NCBI RefSeq assembly: GCF_058153355.1
Contig: NZ_CM177019.1
Strand: one strand, 5' to 3'
Length of the DNA stretch: 64,000 nucleotides
Positions 47,711 to 58,871 of this stretch are shown piece after piece. The position numbers were made by a program, and so were the translations under genes. Position 1 is the stretch's first letter, and every line of letters begins with the position of its first letter. The notes beneath the pieces are model-generated. The model did not search any database. It was not told the origin of the DNA and saw only the letters and a list, made by a program, of their open reading frames with translations.

Positions 47711-49978
47711 ATGAAAGTATTAATTGTTGAAAGCGAGTTTCTCCATCAGGACACCTGGGTCGGTAACGCCGTTGAGCGTCTGGCAGATGCTTTAAGCCAG
47801 CAAAATGTTACCGTGATTAAATCCACCTCCTTTGATGATGGCTTTGCCATTCTCTCTTCAAACGAAGCCATTGACTGCCTGATGTTCAGCTATCAAATGG
47901 AACATCCGGACGAACATCAAAACGTCAGACAATTGATCGGTAAGCTTCATGAGCGCCAACAAAACGTGCCGGTCTTCCTGTTGGGCGATCGGGAAAAAGC
48001 CCTCGCCGCAATAGACCGAGATCTGCTGGAGCTTGTCGATGAATTCGCCTGGATTCTGGAAGATACCGCCGACTTTATCGCCGGACGCGCCGTTGCCGCA
48101 ATGACCCGCTACCGCCAGCAGCTGTTGCCGCCACTGTTCAGCGCGCTGATGAAATATAGCGACATCCATGAATATTCCTGGGCAGCGCCAGGCCACCAGG
48201 GCGGCGTTGGCTTTACCAAAACACCCGCCGGACGTTTCTACCATGACTACTATGGTGAAAATCTGTTCCGCACCGACATGGGCATCGAACGGACTTCCCT
48301 CGGTTCTTTGCTTGACCATACTGGCGCATTTGGCGAAAGCGAAAAATATGCCGCACGCGTATTTGGTGCCGATCGCTCCTGGTCGGTAGTCGTCGGTACT
48401 TCCGGCTCTAACCGTACCATCATGCAGGCTTGCATGACCGATAACGATGTAGTGGTCGTTGACCGTAACTGCCATAAATCCATCGAACAAGGCTTGATGC
48501 TGACAGGCGCGAAACCGGTCTACATGGTGCCAAGCCGCAACCGCTACGGCATTATCGGGCCAATTTATCCGCAGGAAATGCAACCTGAAACCTTGCAGAA
48601 GAAAATCAGTGAAAGCCCGCTGACCAAAGACAAAGCCGGGCAAAAACCGTCTTACTGCGTGGTAACCAACTGCACCTATGACGGCGTGTGTTATAACGCT
48701 AAAGAAGCGCAGGATCTGCTGGAAAAAACTTCCGATCGTCTGCACTTTGACGAAGCCTGGTACGGCTATGCACGTTTCAACCCGATCTATGCCGATCACT
48801 ATGCCATGCGCGGTGAACCTGGCGATCACAACGGTCCTACCGTTTTCGCCACCCACTCAACCCACAAACTGCTGAATGCGCTGTCACAGGCCTCTTACAT
48901 TCATGTGCGTGAAGGTCGTGGGGCGATTAACTTCTCCCGCTTCAACCAGGCATACATGATGCATGCCACCACCTCCCCGCTGTATGCCATCTGTGCATCT
49001 AACGACGTGGCGGTGTCGATGATGGACGGCAACAGCGGCCTGTCACTGACCCAGGAAGTGATCGACGAAGCGGTTGATTTCCGTCAAGCGATGGCACGGC
49101 TGTATAAAGAGTTCACCCATGACGGTAGCTGGTTCTTCAAACCGTGGAACAAAGAAGTGGTCACCGATCCACAAACCGGCAAAACCTACGACTTTGCTGA
49201 CGCGCCAACCAAACTGCTGACCACCGTTCAGGACTGCTGGGTAATGCATCCGGGCGAAAGCTGGCACGGCTTCAAAGATATTCCGGATAACTGGAGTATG
49301 CTCGACCCAATTAAAGTCAGCATTCTCGCACCAGGAATGGGTGAAGATGGTGAACTGGAAGAAACCGGTGTTCCGGCGGCGCTGGTCACTGCCTGGCTTG
49401 GTCGCCACGGCATTGTGCCTACCCGCACCACTGACTTCCAAATTATGTTCCTGTTCTCTATGGGCGTAACCCGTGGGAAATGGGGAACTCTGGTTAACAC
49501 CCTTTGCTCCTTCAAACGCCACTACGACGCCAACACACCGCTGGCGCAGGTGATGCCGGAACTTGTTGAACAATATCCTGACACTTACGCGAATATGGGG
49601 ATTCACGATCTGGGTGACACCATGTTTGCCTGGCTAAAAGAAAATAACCCTGGCGCACGGTTGAACGAAGCCTATTCCGGCCTGCCGGTGGCGGAAATCA
49701 CCCCGCGTGAAGCGTACAACGCAATTGTCGATAACAATGTCGAACTGGTATCCATTGAAAATCTGCCTGGACGCATCGCGGCAAACTCAGTTATCCCGTA
49801 TCCGCCAGGAATCCCGATGCTACTGTCTGGTGAAAACTTCGGCGATAAAAACAGTCCACAGGTAAGTTATTTACGCTCCCTGCAATCCTGGGACCATCAT
49901 TTCCCTGGATTTGAACACGAAACTGAAGGGACTGAAATTATTGACGGTATTTACCACGTCATGTGTGTGAAAGCGTAA
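47711..49978 (+). CDS. adiA: Biodegradative (acid-inducible) arginine decarboxylase AdiA
   Basis: 755-aa ORF MKVLIVESEFLHQDTWVGNAVERLADAL…; PLP motif THSTHKLL; an extra in-frame Met one codon upstream (47708) is possible. Confidence 0.97.
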   Translation: MKVLIVESEFLHQDTWVGNAVERLADALSQQNVTVIKSTSFDDGFAILSSNEAIDCLMFSYQMEHPDEHQNVRQLIGKLHERQQNVPVFLLGDREKALAAIDRDLLELVDEFAWILEDTADFIAGRAVAAMTRYRQQLLPPLFSALMKYSDIHEYSWAAPGHQGGVGFTKTPAGRFYHDYYGENLFRTDMGIERTSLGSLLDHTGAFGESEKYAARVFGADRSWSVVVGTSGSNRTIMQACMTDNDVVVVDRNCHKSIEQGLMLTGAKPVYMVPSRNRYGIIGPIYPQEMQPETLQKKISESPLTKDKAGQKPSYCVVTNCTYDGVCYNAKEAQDLLEKTSDRLHFDEAWYGYARFNPIYADHYAMRGEPGDHNGPTVFATHSTHKLLNALSQASYIHVREGRGAINFSRFNQAYMMHATTSPLYAICASNDVAVSMMDGNSGLSLTQEVIDEAVDFRQAMARLYKEFTHDGSWFFKPWNKEVVTDPQTGKTYDFADAPTKLLTTVQDCWVMHPGESWHGFKDIPDNWSMLDPIKVSILAPGMGEDGELEETGVPAALVTAWLGRHGIVPTRTTDFQIMFLFSMGVTRGKWGTLVNTLCSFKRHYDANTPLAQVMPELVEQYPDTYANMGIHDLGDTMFAWLKENNPGARLNEAYSGLPVAEITPREAYNAIVDNNVELVSIENLPGRIAANSVIPYPPGIPMLLSGENFGDKNSPQVSYLRSLQSWDHHFPGFEHETEGTEIIDGIYHVMCVKA

Positions 49979-50301
49979 CCACTATTCCGCTGAAGGCGTA
50001 ATTGTTAAATAACATTACGCCGCCTGGCTTGAGGCCTTTTTAGTATGGCAACGTTTTCATAAAAATTGCTGCAAACAAAAATGTCATACTTTTTGCGCGG
50101 TCCCACCCCGCGCTTTTTTTCGCCTGTTATTTATCCTGTAAAAAAATATGTACATGAGAAATTACTATAAAAATTTGTAATATTAGTAAAACTCGTTATT
50201 TTTATGCATGTTTATATTCATCATACAATTATATAACCATTTCCCGGTATCGCTTTGCTTTAGCGAGAACTGGTCTTTTATTCGCACTCAGGAGTACATG
50301 T

Positions 50302-51063
50302 ATGAGGATTTGCAGCGACCAACCTTGTATTGTCTTATTGACTGAAAAAGATGTCTGGATAAGGGTGAATGGGAAAGAACCTATTAGCCTTAAAGCTAAC
50401 CATATGGCGTTATTAAATTGTGAAAATAATATTATCGACGTCTCCTCTCTTAATAACACTTTGGTTGCTCATATTAGTCACGACATCATCAAAGATTACC
50501 TCCGGTTTCTGAATAAAGATCTCTCGCAAATACCAGTATGGCAACGTAGTGCTACGCCCATCCTCACCCTGCCATGCCTGACGCCAGACGTCTTTCGCGT
50601 TGCCGCGCAACATAGCATGATGCCCGCTGAAACTGAGTCAGAAAAGGAACGAACACGTGCATTATTATTCACTGTGCTATCCCGTTTTCTCGACAGTAAA
50701 AAATTCCTTTCATTAATGATGTATATGTTACGTAATTGTGTAAGTGACAGCGTTTATCAAATTATTGAAAGCGATATCCACAAAGACTGGAATCTTAGTA
50801 TGGTAGCCAGTTGTTTATGTCTTAGCCCAAGTCTGTTAAAGAAAAAGCTGAAAAGCGAAAACACCAGTTATAGCCAAATAATCACCACCTGCCGCATGCG
50901 TTATGCCGTCAATGAATTAATGATGGACGGTAAAAATATCTCTCAGGTCTCACAGTCGTGTGGCTACAACAGTACGTCGTACTTTATTTCTGTCTTTAAA
51001 GACTTCTACGGTATGACGCCTCTGCATTATGTTAGTCAGCACAGAGAACGCACTGTCGCCTGA
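50302..51063 (+). CDS. adiY: AraC-family regulator AdiY
   Basis: 253-aa ORF MRICSDQPCIVLLTEKDVWIRVNGKEPI…; AT-rich upstream region. Confidence 0.95.
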   Translation: MRICSDQPCIVLLTEKDVWIRVNGKEPISLKANHMALLNCENNIIDVSSLNNTLVAHISHDIIKDYLRFLNKDLSQIPVWQRSATPILTLPCLTPDVFRVAAQHSMMPAETESEKERTRALLFTVLSRFLDSKKFLSLMMYMLRNCVSDSVYQIIESDIHKDWNLSMVASCLCLSPSLLKKKLKSENTSYSQIITTCRMRYAVNELMMDGKNISQVSQSCGYNSTSYFISVFKDFYGMTPLHYVSQHRERTVA

Positions 51064-51199
51064 TTTTTAACCTTAACGAAGAGCTATATTAATAACGGCA
51101 TCAGCGATAACCCGGTCGATAATAATTCAACTATCGAATGCAGGCGTATGATATGACGTAATTTATTGTCACGAAGCTCGCCTTCGCAGGAGTTTAATT

Positions 51200-52537
51200 A
51201 TGTCTTCGGATGCTGATGCTCACAAAGTGGGCTTAATCCCCGTCACCCTGATGGTGTCGGGGAATATTATGGGGTCAGGTGTTTTTCTGTTACCTGCAAA
51301 CCTGGCCTCCACTGGCGGGATTGCCATTTATGGATGGTTGGTGACGATTATCGGTGCGCTGGGGCTCTCGATGGTATACGCCAAAATGTCGTTCCTCGAC
51401 CCAAGTCCTGGTGGTTCTTACGCTTACGCCCGCCGCTGCTTTGGCCCGTTTCTCGGTTATCAAACCAACGTCCTCTACTGGCTGGCCTGCTGGATCGGCA
51501 ATATCGCCATGGTGGTCATTGGCGTTGGATATTTAAGTTACTTCTTCCCGATTCTGAAAGATCCACTGGTATTAACCATCACCTGCGTCGTGGTGCTGTG
51601 GATCTTCGTCCTGCTGAACATTGTCGGTCCGAAAATGATCACCCGCGTGCAGGCCGTTGCCACCGTGCTGGCGCTGATCCCCATCGTCGGGATTGCCGTA
51701 TTTGGCTGGTTCTGGTTCCGTGGTGAAACCTATATGGCGGCATGGAACGTCAGCGGCCTGGGCACCTTCGGCGCGATTCAAAGTACCCTTAACGTTACGC
51801 TGTGGTCGTTCATCGGTGTGGAAAGTGCCTCCGTTGCCGCAGGTGTGGTGAAAAACCCGAAACGCAACGTCCCTATCGCCACCATTGGTGGGGTATTGAT
51901 TGCCGCCGTTTGCTATGTGCTCTCCACCACCGCGATTATGGGGATGATCCCTAATGCCGCACTGCGCGTTTCTGCCTCGCCATTCGGTGATGCCGCACGG
52001 ATGGCGTTGGGTGACACCGCCGGGGCCATTGTTTCCTTCTGCGCAGCTGCGGGTTGCTTAGGTTCACTGGGCGGCTGGACGTTGCTGGCGGGTCAAACGG
52101 CGAAAGCCGCTGCCGATGACGGGCTGTTCCCACCGATTTTTGCCCGTGTAAACAAAGCGGGTACGCCAGTGGCAGGGCTGATTATCGTCGGTATTTTGAT
52201 GACCATCTTCCAGCTCAGTAGCATTTCGCCAAACGCGACTAAAGAGTTCGGTCTGGTTTCTTCCGTGTCGGTCATCTTTACACTGGTGCCATATCTTTAC
52301 ACCTGTGCGGCGTTACTGCTGCTCGGCCACGGTCACTTTGGTAAAGCACGCCGGGCATATCTGGCAGTTACTACCATTGCCTTCCTCTACTGCATCTGGG
52401 CCGTGGTGGGGTCCGGGGCGAAAGAGGTTATGTGGTCATTTGTCACCCTGATGGTCATCACCGCCATGTATGCGCTGAATTACAACCGGCTGCATAAAAA
52501 CCCGTATCCCTTAGATGCACCAATAAGCAAAGATTAA
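51200..52537 (+). CDS. adiC: Arginine:agmatine antiporter AdiC
   Basis: 445-aa APC-family [40 protein letters not shown]…; paralogous to cadB. Confidence 0.97.
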   Translation: MSSDADAHKVGLIPVTLMVSGNIMGSGVFLLPANLASTGGIAIYGWLVTIIGALGLSMVYAKMSFLDPSPGGSYAYARRCFGPFLGYQTNVLYWLACWIGNIAMVVIGVGYLSYFFPILKDPLVLTITCVVVLWIFVLLNIVGPKMITRVQAVATVLALIPIVGIAVFGWFWFRGETYMAAWNVSGLGTFGAIQSTLNVTLWSFIGVESASVAAGVVKNPKRNVPIATIGGVLIAAVCYVLSTTAIMGMIPNAALRVSASPFGDAARMALGDTAGAIVSFCAAAGCLGSLGGWTLLAGQTAKAAADDGLFPPIFARVNKAGTPVAGLIIVGILMTIFQLSSISPNATKEFGLVSSVSVIFTLVPYLYTCAALLLLGHGHFGKARRAYLAVTTIAFLYCIWAVVGSGAKEVMWSFVTLMVITAMYALNYNRLHKNPYPLDAPISKD

Positions 52538-52577
52538 TTCCCCTTAATCCAGCAAACATAAAAGCCAACCTTAAGAA

Positions 52578-52594
52578 CTTAAGGTTGGCTTAAT
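52578..52594 (+). promoter_or_regulatory. PmrA (BasR) box upstream of eptA: CTTAAG-N5-CTTAAT
   Basis: CTTAAGGTTGGCTTAAT about 45 bp upstream of eptA start; a further CTTAAG half-site lies immediately upstream. Confidence 0.7.
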
Positions 52595-52640
52595 TTTGCT
52601 TTGCGAGCATATGCGCACTTTGTTCGATGGAAACACCGTG

Positions 52641-54284
52641 ATGTTGAAGCGCCTACTAAAAAGACCCTCTTTGAATTTACTCGCCTGGCTATTGTTGGCC
52701 GCTTTTTATATCTCTATCTGCCTGAATATTGCCTTTTTTAAACAGGTGTTGCAGGCGCTGCCGCTGGACTCGCTGCATAACGTACTGGTTTTCTTGTCGA
52801 TGCCGGTCGTCGCTTTCAGCGTGATTAATATTGTCCTGACACTAAGCTCTTTCTTATGGCTTAATCGACCGCTGGCCTGCCTGTTTATTCTGGTTGGCGC
52901 GGCTGCACAATATTTCATAATGACTTACGGCATCGTCATCGACCGCTCGATGATTGCCAATATTATTGATACCACCCCAGCAGAAAGTTATGCGCTGATG
53001 ACACCGCAAATGTTATTAACGCTGGGATTCAGCGGCGTGCTTGCTGCGCTGATTGCCTGCTGGATTAAAATCAAACCTGCCACCTCGCGCCTGCGCAGTG
53101 TTCTTTTCCGTGGAGCCAATATTCTGGTTTCTGTGCTCCTGATTCTGCTGGTCGCCGCACTGTTTTATAAAGACTACGCCTCGCTGTTTCGCAACAACAA
53201 AGAGCTGGTGAAGTCCTTAAGCCCCTCTAACAGCATTGTTGCCAGCTGGTCATGGTACTCCCATCAGCGACTGGCAAATCTGCCGCTGGTGCGAATTGGT
53301 GAAGACGCGCACCGCAACCCGTTAATGCAGAACGAGAAACGTAAAAATTTGACCATTTTGATTGTCGGCGAAACCTCGCGGGCGGAGAACTTCTCCCTCA
53401 ACGGCTACCCGCGTGAAACTAACCCGCGGCTGGCGAAAGATAACGTGGTCTATTTCCCTAATACCGCATCTTGCGGCACGGCAACGGCAGTTTCAGTACC
53501 GTGCATGTTCTCGGATATGCCGCGTGAGCATTACAAAGAAGAGTTGGCACAGCACCAGGAAGGCGTGCTGGATATCATTCAGCGAGCGGGCATCAACGTG
53601 CTGTGGAATGACAACGATGGTGGCTGCAAAGGTGCCTGCGATCGCGTGCCTCACCAGAACGTCACTGCGCTGAACCTGCCTGGTCAGTGTATCAACGGCG
53701 AATGTTATGACGAAGTGCTTTTCCACGGGCTGGAAGAGTACATCAATAACCTGCAAGGTGATGGCGTAATTGTCTTACACACCATCGGCAGTCACGGCCC
53801 GACCTATTACAATCGCTATCCGCCACAGTTCAGGAAATTTACCCCTACCTGCGACACCAACGAGATCCAGACCTGTACCCAAGAGCAACTGGTGAACACT
53901 TACGACAACACGCTGGTCTACGTCGACTATATTGTTGATAAAGCGATTAATCTACTGAAAGAACATCAGGATAAATTTACCACCAGCCTGGTTTATCTTT
54001 CTGACCACGGTGAATCGTTAGGTGAAAATGGCATCTATCTGCACGGTTTGCCTTATGCCATCGCCCCGGATAGCCAAAAACAGGTGCCGATGCTGCTGTG
54101 GCTGTCTGAGGATTATCAAAAACGGTATCAGGTTGACCAAAGTTGCCTACAGAAACAGGCGCAAACGCAACACTATTCACAAGACAATTTATTCTCCACG
54201 CTATTGGGATTAACTGGCGTTGAGACGAAGTATTACCAGGCTGCGGATGATATTCTGCAAACTTGCAGGAGAGTGAGTGAATGA
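52641..54284 (+). CDS. eptA: Lipid A phosphoethanolamine transferase EptA (PmrC), 547 aa
   Basis: [33 protein letters not shown]…; N-terminal TM domain plus sulfatase-like periplasmic domain. Confidence 0.96.
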   Translation: MLKRLLKRPSLNLLAWLLLAAFYISICLNIAFFKQVLQALPLDSLHNVLVFLSMPVVAFSVINIVLTLSSFLWLNRPLACLFILVGAAAQYFIMTYGIVIDRSMIANIIDTTPAESYALMTPQMLLTLGFSGVLAALIACWIKIKPATSRLRSVLFRGANILVSVLLILLVAALFYKDYASLFRNNKELVKSLSPSNSIVASWSWYSHQRLANLPLVRIGEDAHRNPLMQNEKRKNLTILIVGETSRAENFSLNGYPRETNPRLAKDNVVYFPNTASCGTATAVSVPCMFSDMPREHYKEELAQHQEGVLDIIQRAGINVLWNDNDGGCKGACDRVPHQNVTALNLPGQCINGECYDEVLFHGLEEYINNLQGDGVIVLHTIGSHGPTYYNRYPPQFRKFTPTCDTNEIQTCTQEQLVNTYDNTLVYVDYIVDKAINLLKEHQDKFTTSLVYLSDHGESLGENGIYLHGLPYAIAPDSQKQVPMLLWLSEDYQKRYQVDQSCLQKQAQTQHYSQDNLFSTLLGLTGVETKYYQAADDILQTCRRVSE

Positions 54285-54949
54285 AAATTCTGATTGTTGA
54301 AGACGATACGCTGTTATTGCAGGGATTGATTCTGGCGGCGCAAACCGAAGGCTACGCGTGCGATGGCGTGACAACCGCGCGGATGGCGGAACAAAGCCTT
54401 GAGACCGGTCATTACAGCCTGGTGGTACTGGATTTAGGGTTACCCGACGAAGATGGGCTGCATTTTCTCGCCCGAATCCGGCAGAAAAAATACACCCTGC
54501 CGGTGTTAATTCTCACCGCCCGCGATACCCTTACCGACAAAATCGCCGGGCTGGATGTCGGTGCCGATGACTACCTGGTGAAGCCTTTTGCGCTGGAAGA
54601 GTTACATGCCCGTATCCGCGCCCTGCTACGACGCCATAATAATCAGGGTGAAAGTGAGCTGATTGTTGGCAATCTGACGCTGAATATGGGTCGCCGTCAG
54701 GTATGGATGGGCAGTGAAGAGTTGATTCTGACGCCCAAAGAATATGCTCTGCTATCACGGTTAATGCTCAAAGCAGGCAGTCCGGTGCATCGGGAAATTC
54801 TCTACAACGACATCTATAACTGGGACAATGAACCCTCGACCAACACCCTGGAAGTGCATATCCACAATCTGCGCGACAAAGTGGGCAAAGCCCGTATCCG
54901 CACCGTGCGCGGCTTTGGCTATATGCTGGTCGCGAATGAGGAAAACTAA
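54281..54949 (+). CDS. basR: Response regulator BasR (PmrA)
   Basis: 222-aa OmpR-family [40 protein letters not shown]…; ATGA overlap with eptA stop. Confidence 0.97.
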   Translation: MKILIVEDDTLLLQGLILAAQTEGYACDGVTTARMAEQSLETGHYSLVVLDLGLPDEDGLHFLARIRQKKYTLPVLILTARDTLTDKIAGLDVGADDYLVKPFALEELHARIRALLRRHNNQGESELIVGNLTLNMGRRQVWMGSEELILTPKEYALLSRLMLKAGSPVHREILYNDIYNWDNEPSTNTLEVHIHNLRDKVGKARIRTVRGFGYMLVANEEN

Positions 54950-54958
54950 TTGAATCTG

Positions 54959-56050
54959 ATGCGTTTTCTGCGCCGACCAATATCGCTGCGCCAACGGCTG
55001 ATATTGACCATCGGGGCCATTTTGTTGGTGTTTGAGCTGATCAGCGTCTTCTGGCTATGGCATGAAAGTACCGAGCAGATTCAGCTGTTTGAGCAGGCGC
55101 TACGCGACAATCGTAACAACGATCGCCACATCATGCGTGAGATCCGCGAGGCGGTCGCCAGCCTGATTGTCCCTGGCGTCTTTATGGTCAGCCTGACGCT
55201 ATTTATCTGCTATCAGGCGGTACGCCGCATCACCCGCCCGCTGGCGGAGCTGCAAAAAGAGCTGGAAGCGCGCACCGCCGACAACTTAACGCCCATTGCC
55301 ATTCACAGCGCCACCCTCGAAATCGAAGCGGTGGTTTCAGCGTTAAACGATCTGGTCAGTCGCCTGACCAACACGCTGGATAACGAAAGGTTGTTTACCG
55401 CTGACGTCGCGCACGAACTGCGAACGCCACTGGCGGGGGTGCGTTTGCATCTGGAACTGCTGGCGAAAACGCATCACATTGATGTAGCACCGTTAGTGGC
55501 ACGACTTGATCAGATGATGGAGAGTGTCTCCCAGCTACTGCAACTGGCGCGTGCCGGACAGTCATTTTCTTCCGGTAATTATCAACATGTAAAACTGCTG
55601 GAAGATGTCATTCTCCCCTCGTATGACGAACTCAGTACCATGCTCGACCAGCGCCAGCAAACCCTGCTATTGCCAGAGAGCGCCGCCGACATCACCGTTC
55701 AGGGTGATGCAACCCTGCTGCGGATGTTATTGCGAAACCTGGTAGAAAACGCCCATCGTTACAGCCCGCAAGGCAGCAACATTATGATTAAGCTGCAAGA
55801 CGATGGCGGAGCGGTCATGGCCGTTGAAGATGAAGGGCCGGGTATTGATGAGAGTAAATGTGGAGAGTTGAGTAAAGCGTTTGTACGAATGGACAGCCGT
55901 TATGGCGGGATTGGTCTGGGGTTAAGTATTGTCAGCCGCATTACACAGTTGCATCACGGGCAGTTTTTCCTGCAAAACCGGCAAGAGACTTCTGGCACAC
56001 GGGCCTGGATACGGCTGAAAAAAGATCAGTACGTGGCAAACCAGATATAA
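54959..56050 (+). CDS. basS: Sensor histidine kinase BasS (PmrB), 363 aa
   Basis: MRFLRRPISLRQRLILTIGAILLVFELISVFWLWHES…; H-box ADVAHELRTPL; the ORF track used an upstream TTG. Confidence 0.95.
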   Translation: MRFLRRPISLRQRLILTIGAILLVFELISVFWLWHESTEQIQLFEQALRDNRNNDRHIMREIREAVASLIVPGVFMVSLTLFICYQAVRRITRPLAELQKELEARTADNLTPIAIHSATLEIEAVVSALNDLVSRLTNTLDNERLFTADVAHELRTPLAGVRLHLELLAKTHHIDVAPLVARLDQMMESVSQLLQLARAGQSFSSGNYQHVKLLEDVILPSYDELSTMLDQRQQTLLLPESAADITVQGDATLLRMLLRNLVENAHRYSPQGSNIMIKLQDDGGAVMAVEDEGPGIDESKCGELSKAFVRMDSRYGGIGLGLSIVSRITQLHHGQFFLQNRQETSGTRAWIRLKKDQYVANQI

Positions 56051-56115
56051 AGAAAGCTGCTGACCACCAGCACGCTGAACACGGTAGTTAAACTTTCATA
56101 AACACGGTTTTTCAT
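56026..56115 (-). CDS. pmrR: Small membrane peptide PmrR (29 aa), antisense to and overlapping the basS 3' end
   Basis: Hand-translated minus-strand ORF MKNRVYESLTTVFSVLVVSSFLYIWFATY*; strong RBS GGAGGAG 7 nt upstream; PmrA box just upstream. Confidence 0.8.
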   Translation of the reverse strand: MKNRVYESLTTVFSVLVVSSFLYIWFATY

Positions 56116-56159
56116 TGCACTCTCCTCCGTTAACCTGGAGGAGAGTATGCGCGTCAGAG

Positions 56160-56176
56160 ATTAAGTGAACCTTAAG
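56160..56176 (-). promoter_or_regulatory. PmrA (BasR) box upstream of pmrR: CTTAAG-N5-CTTAAT on the minus strand
   Basis: Minus-strand read CTTAAGGTTCACTTAAT, about 45 bp upstream of the pmrR ATG. Confidence 0.7.
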
Positions 56177-56226
56177 AGTTCAATTGGCCTAATAAGACAG
56201 CGTCACATCAGGCCATCCGTTTCAGC

Positions 56227-57729
56227 TTATTCATCAATTCGCGGATGCTGCTGCACCAGGCGGGTACGTTTCGCCTGCAAATCGGCAATCTCGTGGTCAA
56301 TATCATCGATTTTCTGCTCGATATTATCGTAATGCTCGACGAGAATTTCCTTCGCTTCCTGTATATCTGACGCCGCCGGTGTCGCACCTTTCAACGGACG
56401 ATTCGCCGTCTCTTTCATGGTTACGCCGGTGATTAAACCAACCACCGCCACTACCATCAGGTAATAGGCAGGCATCATCAGATTCTGCGAGCTTTCGACC
56501 AGCCAGGCCGCCAACGTTGGCGTCAGACCGGCAACCAGCACCGAAATATTAAATGCCGCCGCCAGCGCGCTGTATCGGATATGCGTCGGGAACATCGCTG
56601 GCAAGGTAGAAGCCATAACGCCCGTAAAGCAGTTAAGGATCACCGCCAGCATCAGTAACCCGGCAAAAATCAGGCCGATGACGTTACTGTTAATCAGAAT
56701 AAACGCCGGGATCGCCAACACAAACAGTGCAACACTACCAAGTAGCACAAACGGACGACGGCCAAAACGGTCACTCAGCAAGCCCATCACCGGCTGGACA
56801 AACAGCATACCGATCATAATGGCGATAATAATCAGCACCCCGTGGTCTTCGGAGTAATGCAGGTTATGCGACAAATAACTCGGCATATAGGTCAGCAACA
56901 TGTAGTAAGTCACGTTGGTGGCAATTACCAGACCAATACATGTCAACAGGCTGCGCCAGTATTTAGTGGCAATCTCTTTAAACGAGACTTTCGGGCCATC
57001 CTGCAAACCTTCGCGGTCGCCCTGTTCCAGTTTATCAACATGCTGCTGGAACGCCGGAGTTTCTTCCAGCGCATGGCGCAGGTAAAGCCCGATAATCCCT
57101 AACGGCAGAGCAATAAAGAACGGAATACGCCAGCCCCAGTCGAGGAAGTTCGCTTCGCCGACAATGGTCGAAATTAACACCACCACGCCCGCACCCAGCA
57201 CAAACCCGGCAATAGAACCGAAGTCCAGCCAGCTGCCCATAAAGCCACGTTTACGGTCAGGGGAGTATTCCGCAACAAATATCGACGCCCCGGTATATTC
57301 ACCGCCGACCGAGAAACCTTGTGCCATCTTACAGATCAACAGCAGAATCGGTGCCCAAATACCAATCGTGTCGTAGGACGGTATTAAGCCAATACAGAAC
57401 GTACTGATCGACATAATCACAATAGTGATAGCGAGGATCTTCTGGCGACCATATTTATCGCCCAACATACCAAAGAAGAGTCCGCCAAGCGGTCGAATCA
57501 GAAAGGGAACGGAGAAAGTGGCAAGTGCAGCAACCATCTGCACGCTGGGGTCAGCCCCCGGGAAAAAAACTTTACCTAATGCGTAAGCAACAAAACCATA
57601 AACACCAAAATCGAACCATTCCATTGCATTACCCAGTGATGCTGCGGTAATGGCTTTACGCAGTTTACCGTCATCAATAATAGTGACATCACGAAGGGTA
57701 ATCGGTTTTACTTTTTTCCTTTTCAGCAT
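56227..57729 (-). CDS. proP: Osmosensing proline/glycine betaine:H+ symporter ProP (500 aa)
   Basis: MLKRKKVKPITLRDVTIIDDGKLRKAITAASLGNAMEWFDFGVYG…; MFS with C-terminal coiled coil (…IDDIDHEIADLQAKRTRLVQQHPRIDE). Confidence 0.96.
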   Translation of the reverse strand: MLKRKKVKPITLRDVTIIDDGKLRKAITAASLGNAMEWFDFGVYGFVAYALGKVFFPGADPSVQMVAALATFSVPFLIRPLGGLFFGMLGDKYGRQKILAITIVIMSISTFCIGLIPSYDTIGIWAPILLLICKMAQGFSVGGEYTGASIFVAEYSPDRKRGFMGSWLDFGSIAGFVLGAGVVVLISTIVGEANFLDWGWRIPFFIALPLGIIGLYLRHALEETPAFQQHVDKLEQGDREGLQDGPKVSFKEIATKYWRSLLTCIGLVIATNVTYYMLLTYMPSYLSHNLHYSEDHGVLIIIAIMIGMLFVQPVMGLLSDRFGRRPFVLLGSVALFVLAIPAFILINSNVIGLIFAGLLMLAVILNCFTGVMASTLPAMFPTHIRYSALAAAFNISVLVAGLTPTLAAWLVESSQNLMMPAYYLMVVAVVGLITGVTMKETANRPLKGATPAASDIQEAKEILVEHYDNIEQKIDDIDHEIADLQAKRTRLVQQHPRIDE

Positions 57730-57992
57730 AGCTTTCCTCGCAGAGTTGGCCCATTTCCGCAAACGCCAGAAAAATCAGCGCGACGGCCGCAAAAGGGGAG
57801 CGGGAATTGCAGGATGCAATCTCTGTAACAAGCGTAGCGGGTTTGCTTACACCCTCCGGTTAAGGAATGTACAATCAAACCAGTTGACGCCTGAATTGGG
57901 CAGTTAATGAGCTTTTTACCCTACCAGTGTTTAAATTTGTGATCAACTTCACACATGATTTTCGTTTAGGAGTCATTGATGTAACTGATTAT

Positions 57993-58871
57993 TTACACCA
58001 AATTTACAGAGAAGATTTCCTCGACCATTGCCCCCGCCAGACGCTGCGCTGAACAGAGTCGTGGCATCCCCAGTGCGACAGTTTGCCAGCGTTGGGTCAC
58101 TGACCAGCAAACGGGTTGTTTATCTGCCGTGGTCCACTTTCCCAGCCAACTTAAAAAATCAGCATGATCCCCACCCGTCGGGGCGGTTGAATAGGTAAAC
58201 CACTGATGGTAATAGTGACGAGTGGTCGTTGCCGCATTAATACTCTCTGCCAGATGTTGTGTCGCTTTCACGCGCAAATCATCAAGCAACAACGCCACCG
58301 CTTGCGGGCTTCCCAGACGGCAGGCATCGCCAAATGCCCCCCAGCGCAACTCCTCCAGAACGATAAAACAGCGCCCAGGCAACGACCAGGCGTTATACGC
58401 CCCAGCACGCCAGCGGGTAAAAATTTGCTCACTCTGATCACCGGCCTGTACCAGTAATCCTCGTTGCGTTAACGCCTTTTCCTTCCAGCGACAACGGGCT
58501 GAAAACAACTCATACAAGGCGGCAATTTGCTGGGGGAGCTCCGGGAAAGCAGAGTGCTGGCGGTGATCCATTTTTTGCAACAGCGCCAAATGTTGCGCGA
58601 TCTGCGTCAGCGCCAGATGACCGGGATCCAGCATCGACGCCAGTTTTTCCACCAATGTCAGACGCAGGCTAAGCGGCGCATTTAACATGCCGCCGTTCGT
58701 CCATGCCTGAAGCTGCACGCGCGCAAGAAGTTCCTGCATCAGTCGTTCACGAAACTGCTGCTGATGGGCTTGTGGATGGCGGGCATCATCGCCCTGCGCC
58801 AGATCCACTAAAAAGCGGGAATGAATCGACTCCAGCACGCGACCGGGGCCGTCCAGTAACGTCTTGGTCAA
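57993..58871 (-). CDS. yjcZ: Uncharacterized protein YjcZ (292 aa)
   Basis: ORF MTKTLLDGPGRVLESIHSRFLVDLAQGDDARHP…; 4-bp overlap with crfC stop suggests co-transcription. Confidence 0.85.
   Translation of the reverse strand: MTKTLLDGPGRVLESIHSRFLVDLAQGDDARHPQAHQQQFRERLMQELLARVQLQAWTNGGMLNAPLSLRLTLVEKLASMLDPGHLALTQIAQHLALLQKMDHRQHSAFPELPQQIAALYELFSARCRWKEKALTQRGLLVQAGDQSEQIFTRWRAGAYNAWSLPGRCFIVLEELRWGAFGDACRLGSPQAVALLLDDLRVKATQHLAESINAATTTRHYYHQWFTYSTAPTGGDHADFLSWLGKWTTADKQPVCWSVTQRWQTVALGMPRLCSAQRLAGAMVEEIFSVNLV

Noticed and set aside
54281-56050. Whether basR/basS carry colistin-resistance substitutions
   Set aside because: BasR has Gly53 and Arg81, which look wild-type by eye. Without a reference alignment I cannot support any variant call, so none is made.
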